Under the pieces are notes generated by a model. That model did no database searches. It saw only the letters and a list, made by a program, of their open reading frames with translations, and was not told the DNA's origin. DNA of 64,000 nt from Candidatus Moraniibacteriota bacterium (GTDB lineage Bacteria; Patescibacteriota; Minisyncoccia; Moranbacterales; UBA1568): assembly GCA_017983435.1 (NCBI GenBank), contig JAGOBM010000006.1, positions 11,921-75,920 on the forward strand, written 5' to 3'. This document shows, piece by piece, positions 38,452 through 48,298 of this stretch. Each line of letters begins with the position of its first letter. The stretch's first letter is position 1. A program made the position numbers and the translations under genes.

Positions 38452-41043
38452 TTATCGACTGGTCGAAAAAATCCCATATATTGTCCCTTGAGTCGCTCTC
38501 GGGGCTGCCTGCTTCAGGTACTCCTCTACCGTGCCATTGACATTGCCTCGGAAGAATTCCGTCATCGAGACGACACCGGCCTTCTGTAGGCTCGCAGCGA
38601 ATTCATAAAAATTGCGATACTGCTCCGGAGCAAGGCTACTACGATACCCCATCACCTTTCCGGCAGCGAAAGCCTGCGTGTCCCGGATGACATCCGCGAC
38701 CTTCACCCGCATGATTTCGGACCGATTCAGCACCCAATCCTGACCAGGAGTCGGACTCTCAACCCGGAAAATCTGCGCATACCAATCATCCACACGAGGA
38801 GCATGTTCTGAAACCGCGACTTCCTCCGCTAGAGGAGTCACCTCTGGCCTGGTTTCGGCAATCACCGACTCCACTGCCGGCGTATCGATCGAGATCGGTG
38901 ATGTTGCCAATGTTGCATCCATCTTGGCCAGAGCCGCCTCTCGTACCGCATCGACATTCGATACCGGCGCGTGAGGTGCGACGGTCTCCACGAAGCGCCG
39001 CGCATCGGCCAGGTATCGATCCAGATCCTGTGTCCCGAAGAGACGGGTGAAGTCAATACGATCACCCGGACGCAACTGCGCGATATCACCACTCGAAATA
39101 CCGAGCGCCCGGACCTCAGCCGGAGACAATGAAGCTGCTTTGTCCTTGATCGCATCTATCAGGGCATGCGACTGTCCGACATTCAATCCTAGTCCGCCGG
39201 TCCGCTCCTGCACGAGATTCCAGAAGTTATCACCCGCCTTCACATTGGCAGTCTTGAGAAAATTCGAATATTCGGATGAGAAGCCTTCTATGGACGCATG
39301 CGGCACTTCCGTTATCCGCTCAGGAACTGCAGATACCGCTGGCTGTGTTTCTACTGGTGTTGCCACCGGATCGGCCACACTGGCTTCTGGCAAGAGCGTC
39401 TCATCAGTCGCATCAGGGAGAGCGGCCAGACCGAATGATCGATCAAGCCATCCGATACCGGTCCCATGATCCATCACGTGTTGCACACCCTCACCGATCC
39501 AGCCCTTCCCGACGACGAGGCCAAGCGCGGCGCCCGACGCACCGATCAGGAGTTTCCGACGCTTCATCGCATCCACTCGTTCACGGAAAAGTCCGGAAGC
39601 TTCTTTGCCTGTTTGGAGATGCTGTTCGACAAACAGTTTCACTGATGCTTCAAAATCCCGCGCTTTCTCAGCCCGAGTCTCATCATCCATATCCATCATC
39701 AGGTCGGCATTACCTGTCTGCGCTTCTATCTCCGCAATCTTATCAAAAATTTTCTGTCCCGCCTCCTCAGCCTGCGCTCGGGCCCGCGCATCAGCCCGTC
39801 CTTCGAGCGCCGTATCGAGCGTCACCGAAAGTGAGCCTCCTGCCAAGACCGCCCGAGCAAAAGCCGCCCCGAAAGCCGCCGCGCCTCCAGCCGCCGTCAC
39901 TCCCACGAGAGCGCCACCGATCGTCAATTTCTCATACCATTTGAGCCCATTATACGCATGCATCCACTGAGAAAGCTTCTCTCCGATACGCCCATGAAGC
40001 GAGCTCGATTTTCGTTTTATTTCTGCCTGCTTGCGTGCCTCGTATAATTGCACACGGCCTTCGAATTCACCGAAGTTCAGCACCTCCGCCATTTCCCGCT
40101 TGTATGCATCACTTCGATCACCGGCATATTTCCGTTCGATACGTGCTAGACGCTCCTGAGTGAATCGGAGACGAGCCTCCTCATAGCGCGTGCGGGCATC
40201 ATCCACGTCTTCCAGAGGCACTTCCTGCTTGAGTCCGAACAGATTCCGCAGACGCAGCAGTGTGCTTGATTTTTCAAGGTCAACCGAGACGTAGCGCTCT
40301 CGAGCGATAGCCAGATCATTCTTCAGTGTTTCCAGCAAAGCATCCGCCTGGACCGTCTCTTCCGGAATCACAGCGGCTTCTTTCGGTAGACGGCCGTATT
40401 TGCGCAACACTTCCGCTTCCGCGGCTGATCCCGGCGCTGCGAATGCAGCCTCTTGCTGTTGTTTCAAATCTGCATCCTCAGCATCCAGCTCGGCAGGCTC
40501 CGCCATACTCGCCTTGATAAGTTCCGAAGCCCGGGCCTCTTCCTCCGGAGAGAGCGGCGTCGGCAACGGCTGGATCGGCAAAGTCGGATCGATTTCCACC
40601 CCCGCGCCATCTGTGCGCTCTCGTACGCCGAATCCCTTCAGGACTTCCTTCGGAAATTCTCCAGCTATCTCTTGAGCTGAATACTCTTCGGCGGGTGCGG
40701 AAGGCAGAGGAGGATGTGTCGTATCTTCCTTGATCAGATGCTGCACGGTCTCCATATCAGGATTCGTCAACGCACGACCATCCGGCGTCACGATAAAATC
40801 CTCAACCCCATCCAGAACAGGGTCCAGCGGCTCTACTACCGGCTGTTCGGCACGTTTCGTATTGGTTCGCCGGCGTCGGCGCAAGACCTGAGGAGCCGGC
40901 TCAGTCATAGGCTCTGCTGCCAAAGACAAAGTCGGTTCGATCTTCTCAGTCGACTTATCTGGCAACTGCGACAAATCCTCAGCCAGCTTATCGCCCATGC
41001 TGCGGATCCGTGCCAATACTGCCTCCATCTTCTTGTCCTCCAT
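38452..41043 (-). CDS. 863-aa membrane protein: acidic/coiled-coil N-terminus, two glycine-zipper TM segments, C-terminal LysM-like motif (tentative)
   Basis: GGALVGVTAAGGAAAFGAAFARAVLAGG and LLIGASGAALGLVVG hydrophobic Gly-zippers; VKAGDNFWNLVQE...GDIAQLRPGDRIDF LysM-like. Confidence 0.55.
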   Translation of the reverse strand: MEDKKMEAVLARIRSMGDKLAEDLSQLPDKSTEKIEPTLSLAAEPMTEPAPQVLRRRRRTNTKRAEQPVVEPLDPVLDGVEDFIVTPDGRALTNPDMETVQHLIKEDTTHPPLPSAPAEEYSAQEIAGEFPKEVLKGFGVRERTDGAGVEIDPTLPIQPLPTPLSPEEEARASELIKASMAEPAELDAEDADLKQQQEAAFAAPGSAAEAEVLRKYGRLPKEAAVIPEETVQADALLETLKNDLAIARERYVSVDLEKSSTLLRLRNLFGLKQEVPLEDVDDARTRYEEARLRFTQERLARIERKYAGDRSDAYKREMAEVLNFGEFEGRVQLYEARKQAEIKRKSSSLHGRIGEKLSQWMHAYNGLKWYEKLTIGGALVGVTAAGGAAAFGAAFARAVLAGGSLSVTLDTALEGRADARARAQAEEAGQKIFDKIAEIEAQTGNADLMMDMDDETRAEKARDFEASVKLFVEQHLQTGKEASGLFRERVDAMKRRKLLIGASGAALGLVVGKGWIGEGVQHVMDHGTGIGWLDRSFGLAALPDATDETLLPEASVADPVATPVETQPAVSAVPERITEVPHASIEGFSSEYSNFLKTANVKAGDNFWNLVQERTGGLGLNVGQSHALIDAIKDKAASLSPAEVRALGISSGDIAQLRPGDRIDFTRLFGTQDLDRYLADARRFVETVAPHAPVSNVDAVREAALAKMDATLATSPISIDTPAVESVIAETRPEVTPLAEEVAVSEHAPRVDDWYAQIFRVESPTPGQDWVLNRSEIMRVKVADVIRDTQAFAAGKVMGYRSSLAPEQYRNFYEFAASLQKAGVVSMTEFFRGNVNGTVEEYLKQAAPRATQGTIYGIFSTSR

Positions 41044-41064
41044 ACATCGTCAGATTATATCATC

Positions 41065-42204
41065 TCATTGTAGAACATTTTTTGCAATCCGCTGCATCAC
41101 GATATCGATAGCTCGATCGCGATCAGCGGCCAGCGCGATATTGCCGACCCGTGACAACACCTGGTCAAGATAGGTCGAGACGCAAACGCGCTGCGATGCC
41201 TGATCAAACCCATCCCCCATCTCTTCCGAGAGCAGCTCTACGAGTTGCGCTGCCGAATCCGCCATGATATCGAGGAGCATATCGGCATCCTTGGCACATC
41301 CGGCCAAAAGCTGCTGCCACTCCTCCGACCTATCTATCGCTTCAACCGAAACTGAGACATTCTCTTCGAGGCCAGTCGCTTCTGTCACTGCTCGATCAGC
41401 GCTCTGGGAAAATCTCCCGACATTCTTCGGGTCATTCCGATCAAAAACCAGCGTGCCGACATAATTCGTATCATGCGTCAGCAGCACACACGACACCGTA
41501 TCTCCTTCCACCCGCTCGATACGGTACTGGCTCCCGCCCTGCTCGGCATCTGCGATCTCGACGCCCGCTTCCATCACGAAGCCGTGCTCCACCCGAGGTG
41601 ATTCAGGCTGCGAAGCCGCTGCCGGAACCTCATCATGTTTGCGCACATCCAAATCGTCCTGCAAAACCCGCAATCTCTCGATGACCTCTTGGTCGTGTTC
41701 ACCTTCATTACCCAAACGTATGATTTCATCCAACTCGGCCAGCCAGCTATCGAGCAGCCCGGACAATCGTTTCGCTTCCTTCTTAGAAATGCGGTTATTC
41801 ATGCGTCGCACATTGAGAGTGGTGCGATATCGCTCGATCTGACCATGAGCGGCATCGATCTCATTCTGCAGCCACCCCATCATCGCCTCCAGAGGATCCA
41901 CCGCCAAAGACTCGGGGTCAGAAGGAACTACTAGGGTCACCTCTCTTTCGTGGTAAGGATCAGCCGACACAATATCAACATCCTCATGCTTCGGACTGGA
42001 CGCCGCTTCATGTATCACCGGATGATCCGGCCGCTTTGACTGGCTCTTCTTCGCCGGTATCGAAGTATCGGCACGCTCCCAGCGTTCCTGATCACGGCGC
42101 AGCTGCGTCAAACCAGCCGCCGGAGCTGCTGTTTTTTTCGATTTCTTCGGTTTTGCAGCAACATGATCGACTTCCAATCCTGCAGCCTGCATATTCTCAG
42201 TCAT
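41065..42204 (-). CDS. hypothetical acidic coiled-coil protein
   Basis: ATG start 22 nt upstream of the next gene; no TM; no motif. Confidence 0.5.
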   Translation of the reverse strand: MTENMQAAGLEVDHVAAKPKKSKKTAAPAAGLTQLRRDQERWERADTSIPAKKSQSKRPDHPVIHEAASSPKHEDVDIVSADPYHEREVTLVVPSDPESLAVDPLEAMMGWLQNEIDAAHGQIERYRTTLNVRRMNNRISKKEAKRLSGLLDSWLAELDEIIRLGNEGEHDQEVIERLRVLQDDLDVRKHDEVPAAASQPESPRVEHGFVMEAGVEIADAEQGGSQYRIERVEGDTVSCVLLTHDTNYVGTLVFDRNDPKNVGRFSQSADRAVTEATGLEENVSVSVEAIDRSEEWQQLLAGCAKDADMLLDIMADSAAQLVELLSEEMGDGFDQASQRVCVSTYLDQVLSRVGNIALAADRDRAIDIVMQRIAKNVLQ

Positions 42205-42224
42205 ATTCCCTCCAGGAAAACCCC

Positions 42225-42629
42225 TTATGCTTCAGATTTACCACGTTTTTCGAGACTATATCCTCCCTCGGCAGCAAAACGCTCAAATTCTTCTACTGAT
42301 CCAAAAAACCACTCCCCGTCCGGCGCATTTTCTTTCCTCTTGAAAAAAGCGAGGATCCGATTCGGTGAAAGCGGTTTCGGATCGAGATTGGCATCCGTAC
42401 GGAAACGAATACGCACGCTCCCGATCGGCGTAATCTGATCAACGCGAAACGAATATTCTCCATTCGTCCAAACGTCCGCGATTTGCACTCTCTTTTGATC
42501 TGGTTCAGCGGCATCGGCGGGTACCGGCGACGGAACTGCCGCATCTTCTTTCGGCGCTTCCGGAATCGGTACTTCTACCGGGACAGCGGCTGCTATCTTT
42601 TCCTCTGACGGAACGCGTATCTCATCCAT
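42225..42629 (-). CDS. hypothetical protein (Pro/Ala-rich N-terminus), first gene of the minus-strand operon
   Basis: ATG start; divergent promoter region upstream. Confidence 0.45.
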   Translation of the reverse strand: MDEIRVPSEEKIAAAVPVEVPIPEAPKEDAAVPSPVPADAAEPDQKRVQIADVWTNGEYSFRVDQITPIGSVRIRFRTDANLDPKPLSPNRILAFFKRKENAPDGEWFFGSVEEFERFAAEGGYSLEKRGKSEA

Positions 42630-42738
42630 ACGGTATGGTAATACATCTGAAAAACAGAGATGCTGCCCGCCTGACGGAGAAGCATCATTTATTTTTTATC
42701 TCTATTTCAGTATAATGATAGCATAACAAAAGAGAAAA

Positions 42739-44412
42739 ATGAAAAACGCGAGATACCCTTCCCGTGATTCCACCGGCAGGATCATCTCCGACCATACTAT
42801 GCGTGCACCGAATCGTTCCCATGCCCTGCGATACGGCCTGCTCGCAGCACTGCTGGCTCTCGCGTTTTTCCTCCGTATCTATCACCTCGACTCGATTCCG
42901 GTCGGGCTCTATCCTGATGAGGCAGCCAATGGCGTCGATGCGCTCCATGCCCTCGAGACCCACCGATTCGATCTCTTCTATCCAGCCAATTTCGGCCGCG
43001 AAGGGTTGTTCATCAATCTTCAGGCGCTTTCCATCTGGATACTCGGCAACAACTTCATCGGACTCAAGATCTTCTCCGTCATTTTTGGCACACTGACCGC
43101 ACTCGGACTCTATCTTCTCGGTAAAGAGCTCTTCCACCGGACGACTGCCGGTCTCATCGCCGGCTTCATGGTCGCCACCTCGTACTGGGCGATCAATTTC
43201 TCTCGCATCGGATTCCGGGCGATCATGACTGCCTTCCTCCTCTCTTTCTCCTTCTACTTCTTTTTCAGGGGACTCCGCACTCAGCGCAAGCTCGATTTCC
43301 TCTGGTCAGGACTGATCTTCGGCCTCGGACTCCATACCTATATCGCCTTCCGCGTCGCGCCGCTCATCCTCATCATCCTGCTCCCAGCGCTGATACTCTC
43401 CTACGAGCGCTTTTTCCCACGCTTCTGGAAACACGGGCTCGCCTTCATTCTCGGCGCCATGATCACCGCAACACCGATGTTCTATCATTTCTTCATCTCG
43501 CATCCTGAGGATTTCGAATCCCGGTCGTCGCACATCTCCGTGCTTTCTCCGGAAGTCAATCACGGCGATCTCTGGGGAACCATGGCCAAGACGTTCTCCA
43601 TCTCGCTCATCAAATACAATTTCTTCGGAGATCAGAACTGGCGTCACAATTACCCTCCCTATCCGATACTCGATCCGGTCGTCGGCACCTTCTTCCTCTC
43701 CGGATTCTTCATACTGCTCTGGCAGACATTCCATCTCCTCTACCGCCGCCTGCGCTTCGCTGATCGGGATTTCCGTCTCATCGTCAATTTCTTCCTCTTC
43801 GGATCATTCTTCGCCATGCTGGCACCCGAATTCCTGACCAATGAAGGCCTCCCCCACGCGCTCCGCTCCATCGGCACCCAAGTCCCGGTCTTTCTCTTCG
43901 CGACGGTCCCCGTGCTCTGGCTGATCAAAAAAGCCTCTCACGTCGGCTACGGGCTCCGCATCGCTCTATTCTCCGCTCTCATCATCGCCTTTTCCGCCTC
44001 CGCTCTCTTCAATATCACCAAATACTTCGTCCTCTTCGCCGGAAGTCCGAAGGGAGGAGAGTCCTTCAATGAAGGCTATACTCATATGGCCGAGTATTTC
44101 CTCTCTCTGCCCGACGAGACCCACAAGTACTATCTGATCGATCGACAAGGCAATACCGACCGCTTCCATCTGCCCGTCGCCGGCATGCCGGTCTATTTCT
44201 TCACCTACGGAAAGGCGAAGAACTTCGAGATCGTCGGTCCCGAGACGATCCTCCGCCGGCCTGGAGTCTTCGTCATGACCCACTTCGACCAGGGTACGGC
44301 CGACAGGCTCAAACATTTCTATCCGGACGCCTACACCCAAGAGATCGATCTCAACGGACCGGATCGCACCGGCGGAGAATTCAATACTGTCATACTCCCC
44401 ATGAAACCATAA
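42739..44412 (+). CDS. GT-C fold glycosyltransferase, PMT/ArnT-like (GT39/GT83 family)
   Basis: First periplasmic loop GLYPDEAANG (DE motif); >10 TM helices; TATAAT at ~42706. Confidence 0.75.
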   Translation: MKNARYPSRDSTGRIISDHTMRAPNRSHALRYGLLAALLALAFFLRIYHLDSIPVGLYPDEAANGVDALHALETHRFDLFYPANFGREGLFINLQALSIWILGNNFIGLKIFSVIFGTLTALGLYLLGKELFHRTTAGLIAGFMVATSYWAINFSRIGFRAIMTAFLLSFSFYFFFRGLRTQRKLDFLWSGLIFGLGLHTYIAFRVAPLILIILLPALILSYERFFPRFWKHGLAFILGAMITATPMFYHFFISHPEDFESRSSHISVLSPEVNHGDLWGTMAKTFSISLIKYNFFGDQNWRHNYPPYPILDPVVGTFFLSGFFILLWQTFHLLYRRLRFADRDFRLIVNFFLFGSFFAMLAPEFLTNEGLPHALRSIGTQVPVFLFATVPVLWLIKKASHVGYGLRIALFSALIIAFSASALFNITKYFVLFAGSPKGGESFNEGYTHMAEYFLSLPDETHKYYLIDRQGNTDRFHLPVAGMPVYFFTYGKAKNFEIVGPETILRRPGVFVMTHFDQGTADRLKHFYPDAYTQEIDLNGPDRTGGEFNTVILPMKP

Positions 44413-44454
44413 TGATGATATCCGACATATCCATAATATAATCACGCGAATCCT

Positions 44455-46344
44455 ATGCATCTCATGAAACGGCACGCCACCTGGATACTCTTCGGACTCC
44501 TCGCCTTCTACGGCATCATCTCACTGCTCGTCTCCGCTCAGGAGTCGGCAACTTTCGACGAAAAGGCCCACATACCCTCCGCCTACAGCTATGTCCGCTA
44601 CGGCGATATGCGGCTCAATCCTGAGCATCCACCACTCCTCAAAGATCTGGCTGGTCTCCCACTCTTGTTTCTCGATGTGAAGTTCCCTCTGGATACGCCC
44701 GAGTGGCAGAACGGTATCAACGAGCAGTGGACGCTCGGGGACCTCTTCATGAACTGCACCCGACCTGATATCGCCTGCAATGACAGCGACGAGATCCTCT
44801 TCTGGTCCCGATTGCCGATCACGCTCGTCGCGCTCCTCCTCGGTCTCTTCCTCTTCTTCTGGGGACGCGAACTCGGCGGTGCTCTGGCCGGACTCATCGC
44901 CACGGCGCTGTTCGTCCTCGATCCCAATACCATCGCCCACGGACACTACGTCACGACCGATATCGGCATCGCGGCCTTTCTCTTCTTCGCTTTCTATTTC
45001 TTCGTGCATTTCCTCAAGCGACCAAGTTGGAAAAACGTCCTGCTAGCCGGATGTTTCCTCGGCCTGGCCGAACTGACCAAGTTTTCCGCCGTTCTGCTCT
45101 TTCCGATCTTTGGACTCTTCGCGCTCCTCTATGCCTTGACGAAACCCGCGGCCACACCACAGAGCGACGCTACACCGTCCCGCTTGCATTCGCGCCTCAG
45201 CATCCTGTTCGAATACCTCTCCAAATACGCCGTCATCGTCGTCGTCTGCTTCGCGCTGATCTCCATCGTGTACGCGCTCAATACCTGGAACATGCCGGCT
45301 GAAAAGACGATTGCCAATGCCGAGCTCGTCTTCTCCGGAGAACGGCCAGCCAAAGTCTTTGCCCGCGAAACACTGACGACTCTCGCTACCACTCCCGGAC
45401 TCGCTCCGATGGCGCACTATTTCCTCGGCGTCTTCATGGTTTTCTCACGCGTCGCCGGAGGCAATACCTTCTATTTCCTCGGCAACGTATCAGACACCGC
45501 TTCCCCGTATTACTTTCCGATCATATTCGCCCTCAAAGAATCGCTCCCACTGCTCTTCCTCCTCCTCGCCACCACCGGCTACACGCTGTTCAGGATCACC
45601 AAGGCGGTCTCCGGCAAGCAGGCGTCCGACTTCTTCCGAGTCTTCGCCGAGTCTTTCCAGGCACGCATCACCCAGTATCTCGCGCTTTTCTTCATCCTCT
45701 TCTACTCTTATGTCAGCATCACTGGTAATCTCAATATTGGCTTCCGTCATCTCTTCCCAATACTGCCATTTCTCTATCTCCTCATCGCGAAGACGCTCGC
45801 CGACTTCATCCGACGCCATATGGAACAATCCGGCTATCTGATCCGGCCGCTCTTCGCATTCCTCTTCGTCTCCATGCTACTCATCCCCCTCTCCGTGTAT
45901 CCGAGCTATCTCTCCTACTACAACGCCATCGCCGGAGGACACGAGAACGGCTACACCATCGCGACAGATTCCAACTACGACTGGGGACAGGATCTGAAGC
46001 ATCTCCGCGACTTCATCGATGAGCACAATCAGTGTCTCAAAGCCAACTACCTCGGCTGCGATGAACGCCTCGTCGAGCTGCCTCCGATCGATACGATCCG
46101 TCTTGATTATTTCGGCGGTTCGAATCCGGCGCTCTATCTCCCGGGCCGCTACACCGCCTGGCACTCCGACAACGAACCGGAATCCGGCTGGTACGCCGTG
46201 TCGGCTGTGTTCTTCCAGGAGAGCATCTACAAGCACAAAGCCCCCGGGAAACGAGGGTACGAGTGGCTCCGCGATCAGGGCGAGGATGCCCGGGCCGGCG
46301 ACTCTATCTTCATCTTCTACGTCAGTCCGGACGATCTCCGCTGA
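44455..46344 (+). CDS. GT-C fold glycosyltransferase, PMT/ArnT-like paralog
   Basis: ATFDEKAHIPSAY (DE motif), polytopic; tandem with the previous gene. Confidence 0.75.
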   Translation: MHLMKRHATWILFGLLAFYGIISLLVSAQESATFDEKAHIPSAYSYVRYGDMRLNPEHPPLLKDLAGLPLLFLDVKFPLDTPEWQNGINEQWTLGDLFMNCTRPDIACNDSDEILFWSRLPITLVALLLGLFLFFWGRELGGALAGLIATALFVLDPNTIAHGHYVTTDIGIAAFLFFAFYFFVHFLKRPSWKNVLLAGCFLGLAELTKFSAVLLFPIFGLFALLYALTKPAATPQSDATPSRLHSRLSILFEYLSKYAVIVVVCFALISIVYALNTWNMPAEKTIANAELVFSGERPAKVFARETLTTLATTPGLAPMAHYFLGVFMVFSRVAGGNTFYFLGNVSDTASPYYFPIIFALKESLPLLFLLLATTGYTLFRITKAVSGKQASDFFRVFAESFQARITQYLALFFILFYSYVSITGNLNIGFRHLFPILPFLYLLIAKTLADFIRRHMEQSGYLIRPLFAFLFVSMLLIPLSVYPSYLSYYNAIAGGHENGYTIATDSNYDWGQDLKHLRDFIDEHNQCLKANYLGCDERLVELPPIDTIRLDYFGGSNPALYLPGRYTAWHSDNEPESGWYAVSAVFFQESIYKHKAPGKRGYEWLRDQGEDARAGDSIFIFYVSPDDLR

Positions 46345-46361
46345 CCGTCCTCCCTCTTAGC

Positions 46362-46404
46362 AAACATCCGCCCGCGGAAATTTTCCAGGGCGGATGTTTT
46401 TGTA
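46362..46404. terminator. rho-independent terminator (aaacatccgccc ... gggcggatgttt + TTTGT)
   Basis: 12-bp perfect stem after the second GT-C gene. Confidence 0.6.
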
Positions 46405-46445
46405 TTCCCGAGAATGATAGTCTCTCCCGACAAACCCTGGGCTGG

Positions 46446-47396
46446 CTATTCTTCCGACTGGGATTTCATAGCTGATTCCGGAGCAGATACTTCTGTCACT
46501 GGCTCATCCGGCAGCCGATAAAATGCTTTGCTCGGCACGCGCAGATCTACAGAAACAAGCTTCTCTGACTGCTCAGCCGAGACCGCCTTTTCACGGACGA
46601 TACGCAGCGTATTCAAAGTCTTCTCCAGTGGGACGCTCGAGCTCAAGAGCAGTACGAGACCATTCTCCGACTCGATACGCAGCTCATCAGCATATTTGGA
46701 CGGCAGATAGACCGTATCCGTCATCCGGATATCTGACTGCTCAGCCAATGCCTGAGGCAGACCACGGACAAAATCCAAAAACGCCGGGTCAGCCACCTGA
46801 TCCCCGGGAGAGGCTGGCTTGGATGATTCGTCACGGAGGAAGAGATGTTGGACACGGTCCTCGCCGAAGTGCTCTGCCGGCTCACTGATCACTCCCGCCT
46901 CATCTATCAGGAAGCAGCGATCGCCGGAACACCAGAATGTGAGATGCCCCCGCTCCAACAGCGATACTCGGAGAGTCCCCGGGAATACTTTTCGGATCTC
47001 GATGCTGCGGACCAGCGGCGAAACCATCTCGATCCGCTCTGCCAGAGCCCGCTCCGAGAGGAACAGCAGATTGTCCCGATCGACGATACCCGCATGCTTC
47101 CCCATCATCGTCTCATGAAGCAACTGTTCAATCTCCCCTTGGGTCAAAAGATTCGCCCCATCGATCTCGATCCGACTGACTGACAAGGCTCCTGAAAAAA
47201 AGAGCTGGTACCCGACGGCGCCGACGAACAGCAGCCATAAGGCCATCAGTCCGATGCTCCTCATATTCCACGTATCGGACAGGTCTGCCGCCTGCTTCTC
47301 GCCATGGCCGCCTCGGATGAATTTCCGTTCGGTCTTTTTTTGGAAGAGAGCTAGCCGATCGGGAGTTTTCGGCCGGAGATGGAAGAGTTTCTTCAT
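46446..47396 (-). CDS. ftsQ: cell division protein FtsQ/DivIB (POTRA domain)
   Basis: Cytoplasmic N-terminus, single TM, VSRIEIDGANLLTQGEIEQLL POTRA start. Confidence 0.7.
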   Translation of the reverse strand: MKKLFHLRPKTPDRLALFQKKTERKFIRGGHGEKQAADLSDTWNMRSIGLMALWLLFVGAVGYQLFFSGALSVSRIEIDGANLLTQGEIEQLLHETMMGKHAGIVDRDNLLFLSERALAERIEMVSPLVRSIEIRKVFPGTLRVSLLERGHLTFWCSGDRCFLIDEAGVISEPAEHFGEDRVQHLFLRDESSKPASPGDQVADPAFLDFVRGLPQALAEQSDIRMTDTVYLPSKYADELRIESENGLVLLLSSSVPLEKTLNTLRIVREKAVSAEQSEKLVSVDLRVPSKAFYRLPDEPVTEVSAPESAMKSQSEE

Positions 47397-48286
47397 ACGA
47401 TAGAGAGAAAAAGCTTTTCCAATTGCAGTCGGGCATTGGCCTGTGTGCCGCGCAGGATTTTCTCCATTTCTCCGAGCTGATCAAGCAAGGCGTACACCGA
47501 TCTGACTTCCTCCGGGCGATCGGTCTCGAGCGCGCGCTGCCGCAGACTCGGTATCCACCAGGCAAACATCCGCAGCGCCGAGAAACTGTCTTTCGCGAGA
47601 TCTTCCGCCAGTCGCATGCGATCCCTCTGCGCAAGCTCTCCGATCCGGAACAGTTGGCCGAGCACTCCGCGCATGACGGTAAATTCCTCCGGTTCGCGGA
47701 GAGCGAGCGCGACGACTCCGGGACGGCCGAGCTGATACCAAAATGCCTGTTCGGATGGCAATCGAAACGCTGCCTGCATCTCCTCTTCGGCAACGAAAGT
47801 GAAGTGCTGACGCTGCAGACGCGAATGCACGGTGTCGAGCAACGCGGATGGATCGTAGGTCACCAGTATCAATACCGAGGTCGGATTCGGCTCTTCCAAC
47901 GTTTTCAGCAAGGCATTCTGTGCACCGCGCGACAGACGGTGGGCATCATCGATGATCAGTACTCTTTTCTGCCCCGCCAGGGGATAGCGGGAGAGAAAAT
48001 TCATCGCCTCCCGGATAGCTTCAACCGGAATGTTCTTCTCGCGTGTCTTGCCCTTCTCGGTGACTCGTTCCGGCTCGAGCAGCATGACATCCGGATGAGC
48101 AAGCTCTGCTTCCGTACGACCAGCGAATTCTCCGCCACGCCCCAGAAGCGACCAGGAAAATTCAAGTGCTGATAAGCGTTTCCCGATACTCTCCGGACCG
48201 ACGAACAAGAAAGACTGAGGACACTCGGTGTGTCCAGCGAGCCTCTGCAGGCGTTCTCTCGCTGCGTGATGACCGACAATATGCAT
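47393..48286 (-). CDS. holB: DNA polymerase III delta-prime subunit
   Basis: FLFVGPESIGKRLSALEF (degenerate P-loop) and VLIIDDAHRLSRGAQNALLKTLEEP clamp-loader box; ATGA overlap with ftsQ. Confidence 0.75.
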   Translation of the reverse strand: MHIVGHHAARERLQRLAGHTECPQSFLFVGPESIGKRLSALEFSWSLLGRGGEFAGRTEAELAHPDVMLLEPERVTEKGKTREKNIPVEAIREAMNFLSRYPLAGQKRVLIIDDAHRLSRGAQNALLKTLEEPNPTSVLILVTYDPSALLDTVHSRLQRQHFTFVAEEEMQAAFRLPSEQAFWYQLGRPGVVALALREPEEFTVMRGVLGQLFRIGELAQRDRMRLAEDLAKDSFSALRMFAWWIPSLRQRALETDRPEEVRSVYALLDQLGEMEKILRGTQANARLQLEKLFLSIV

Positions 48287-48298
48287 ACGAGAAAAGAA

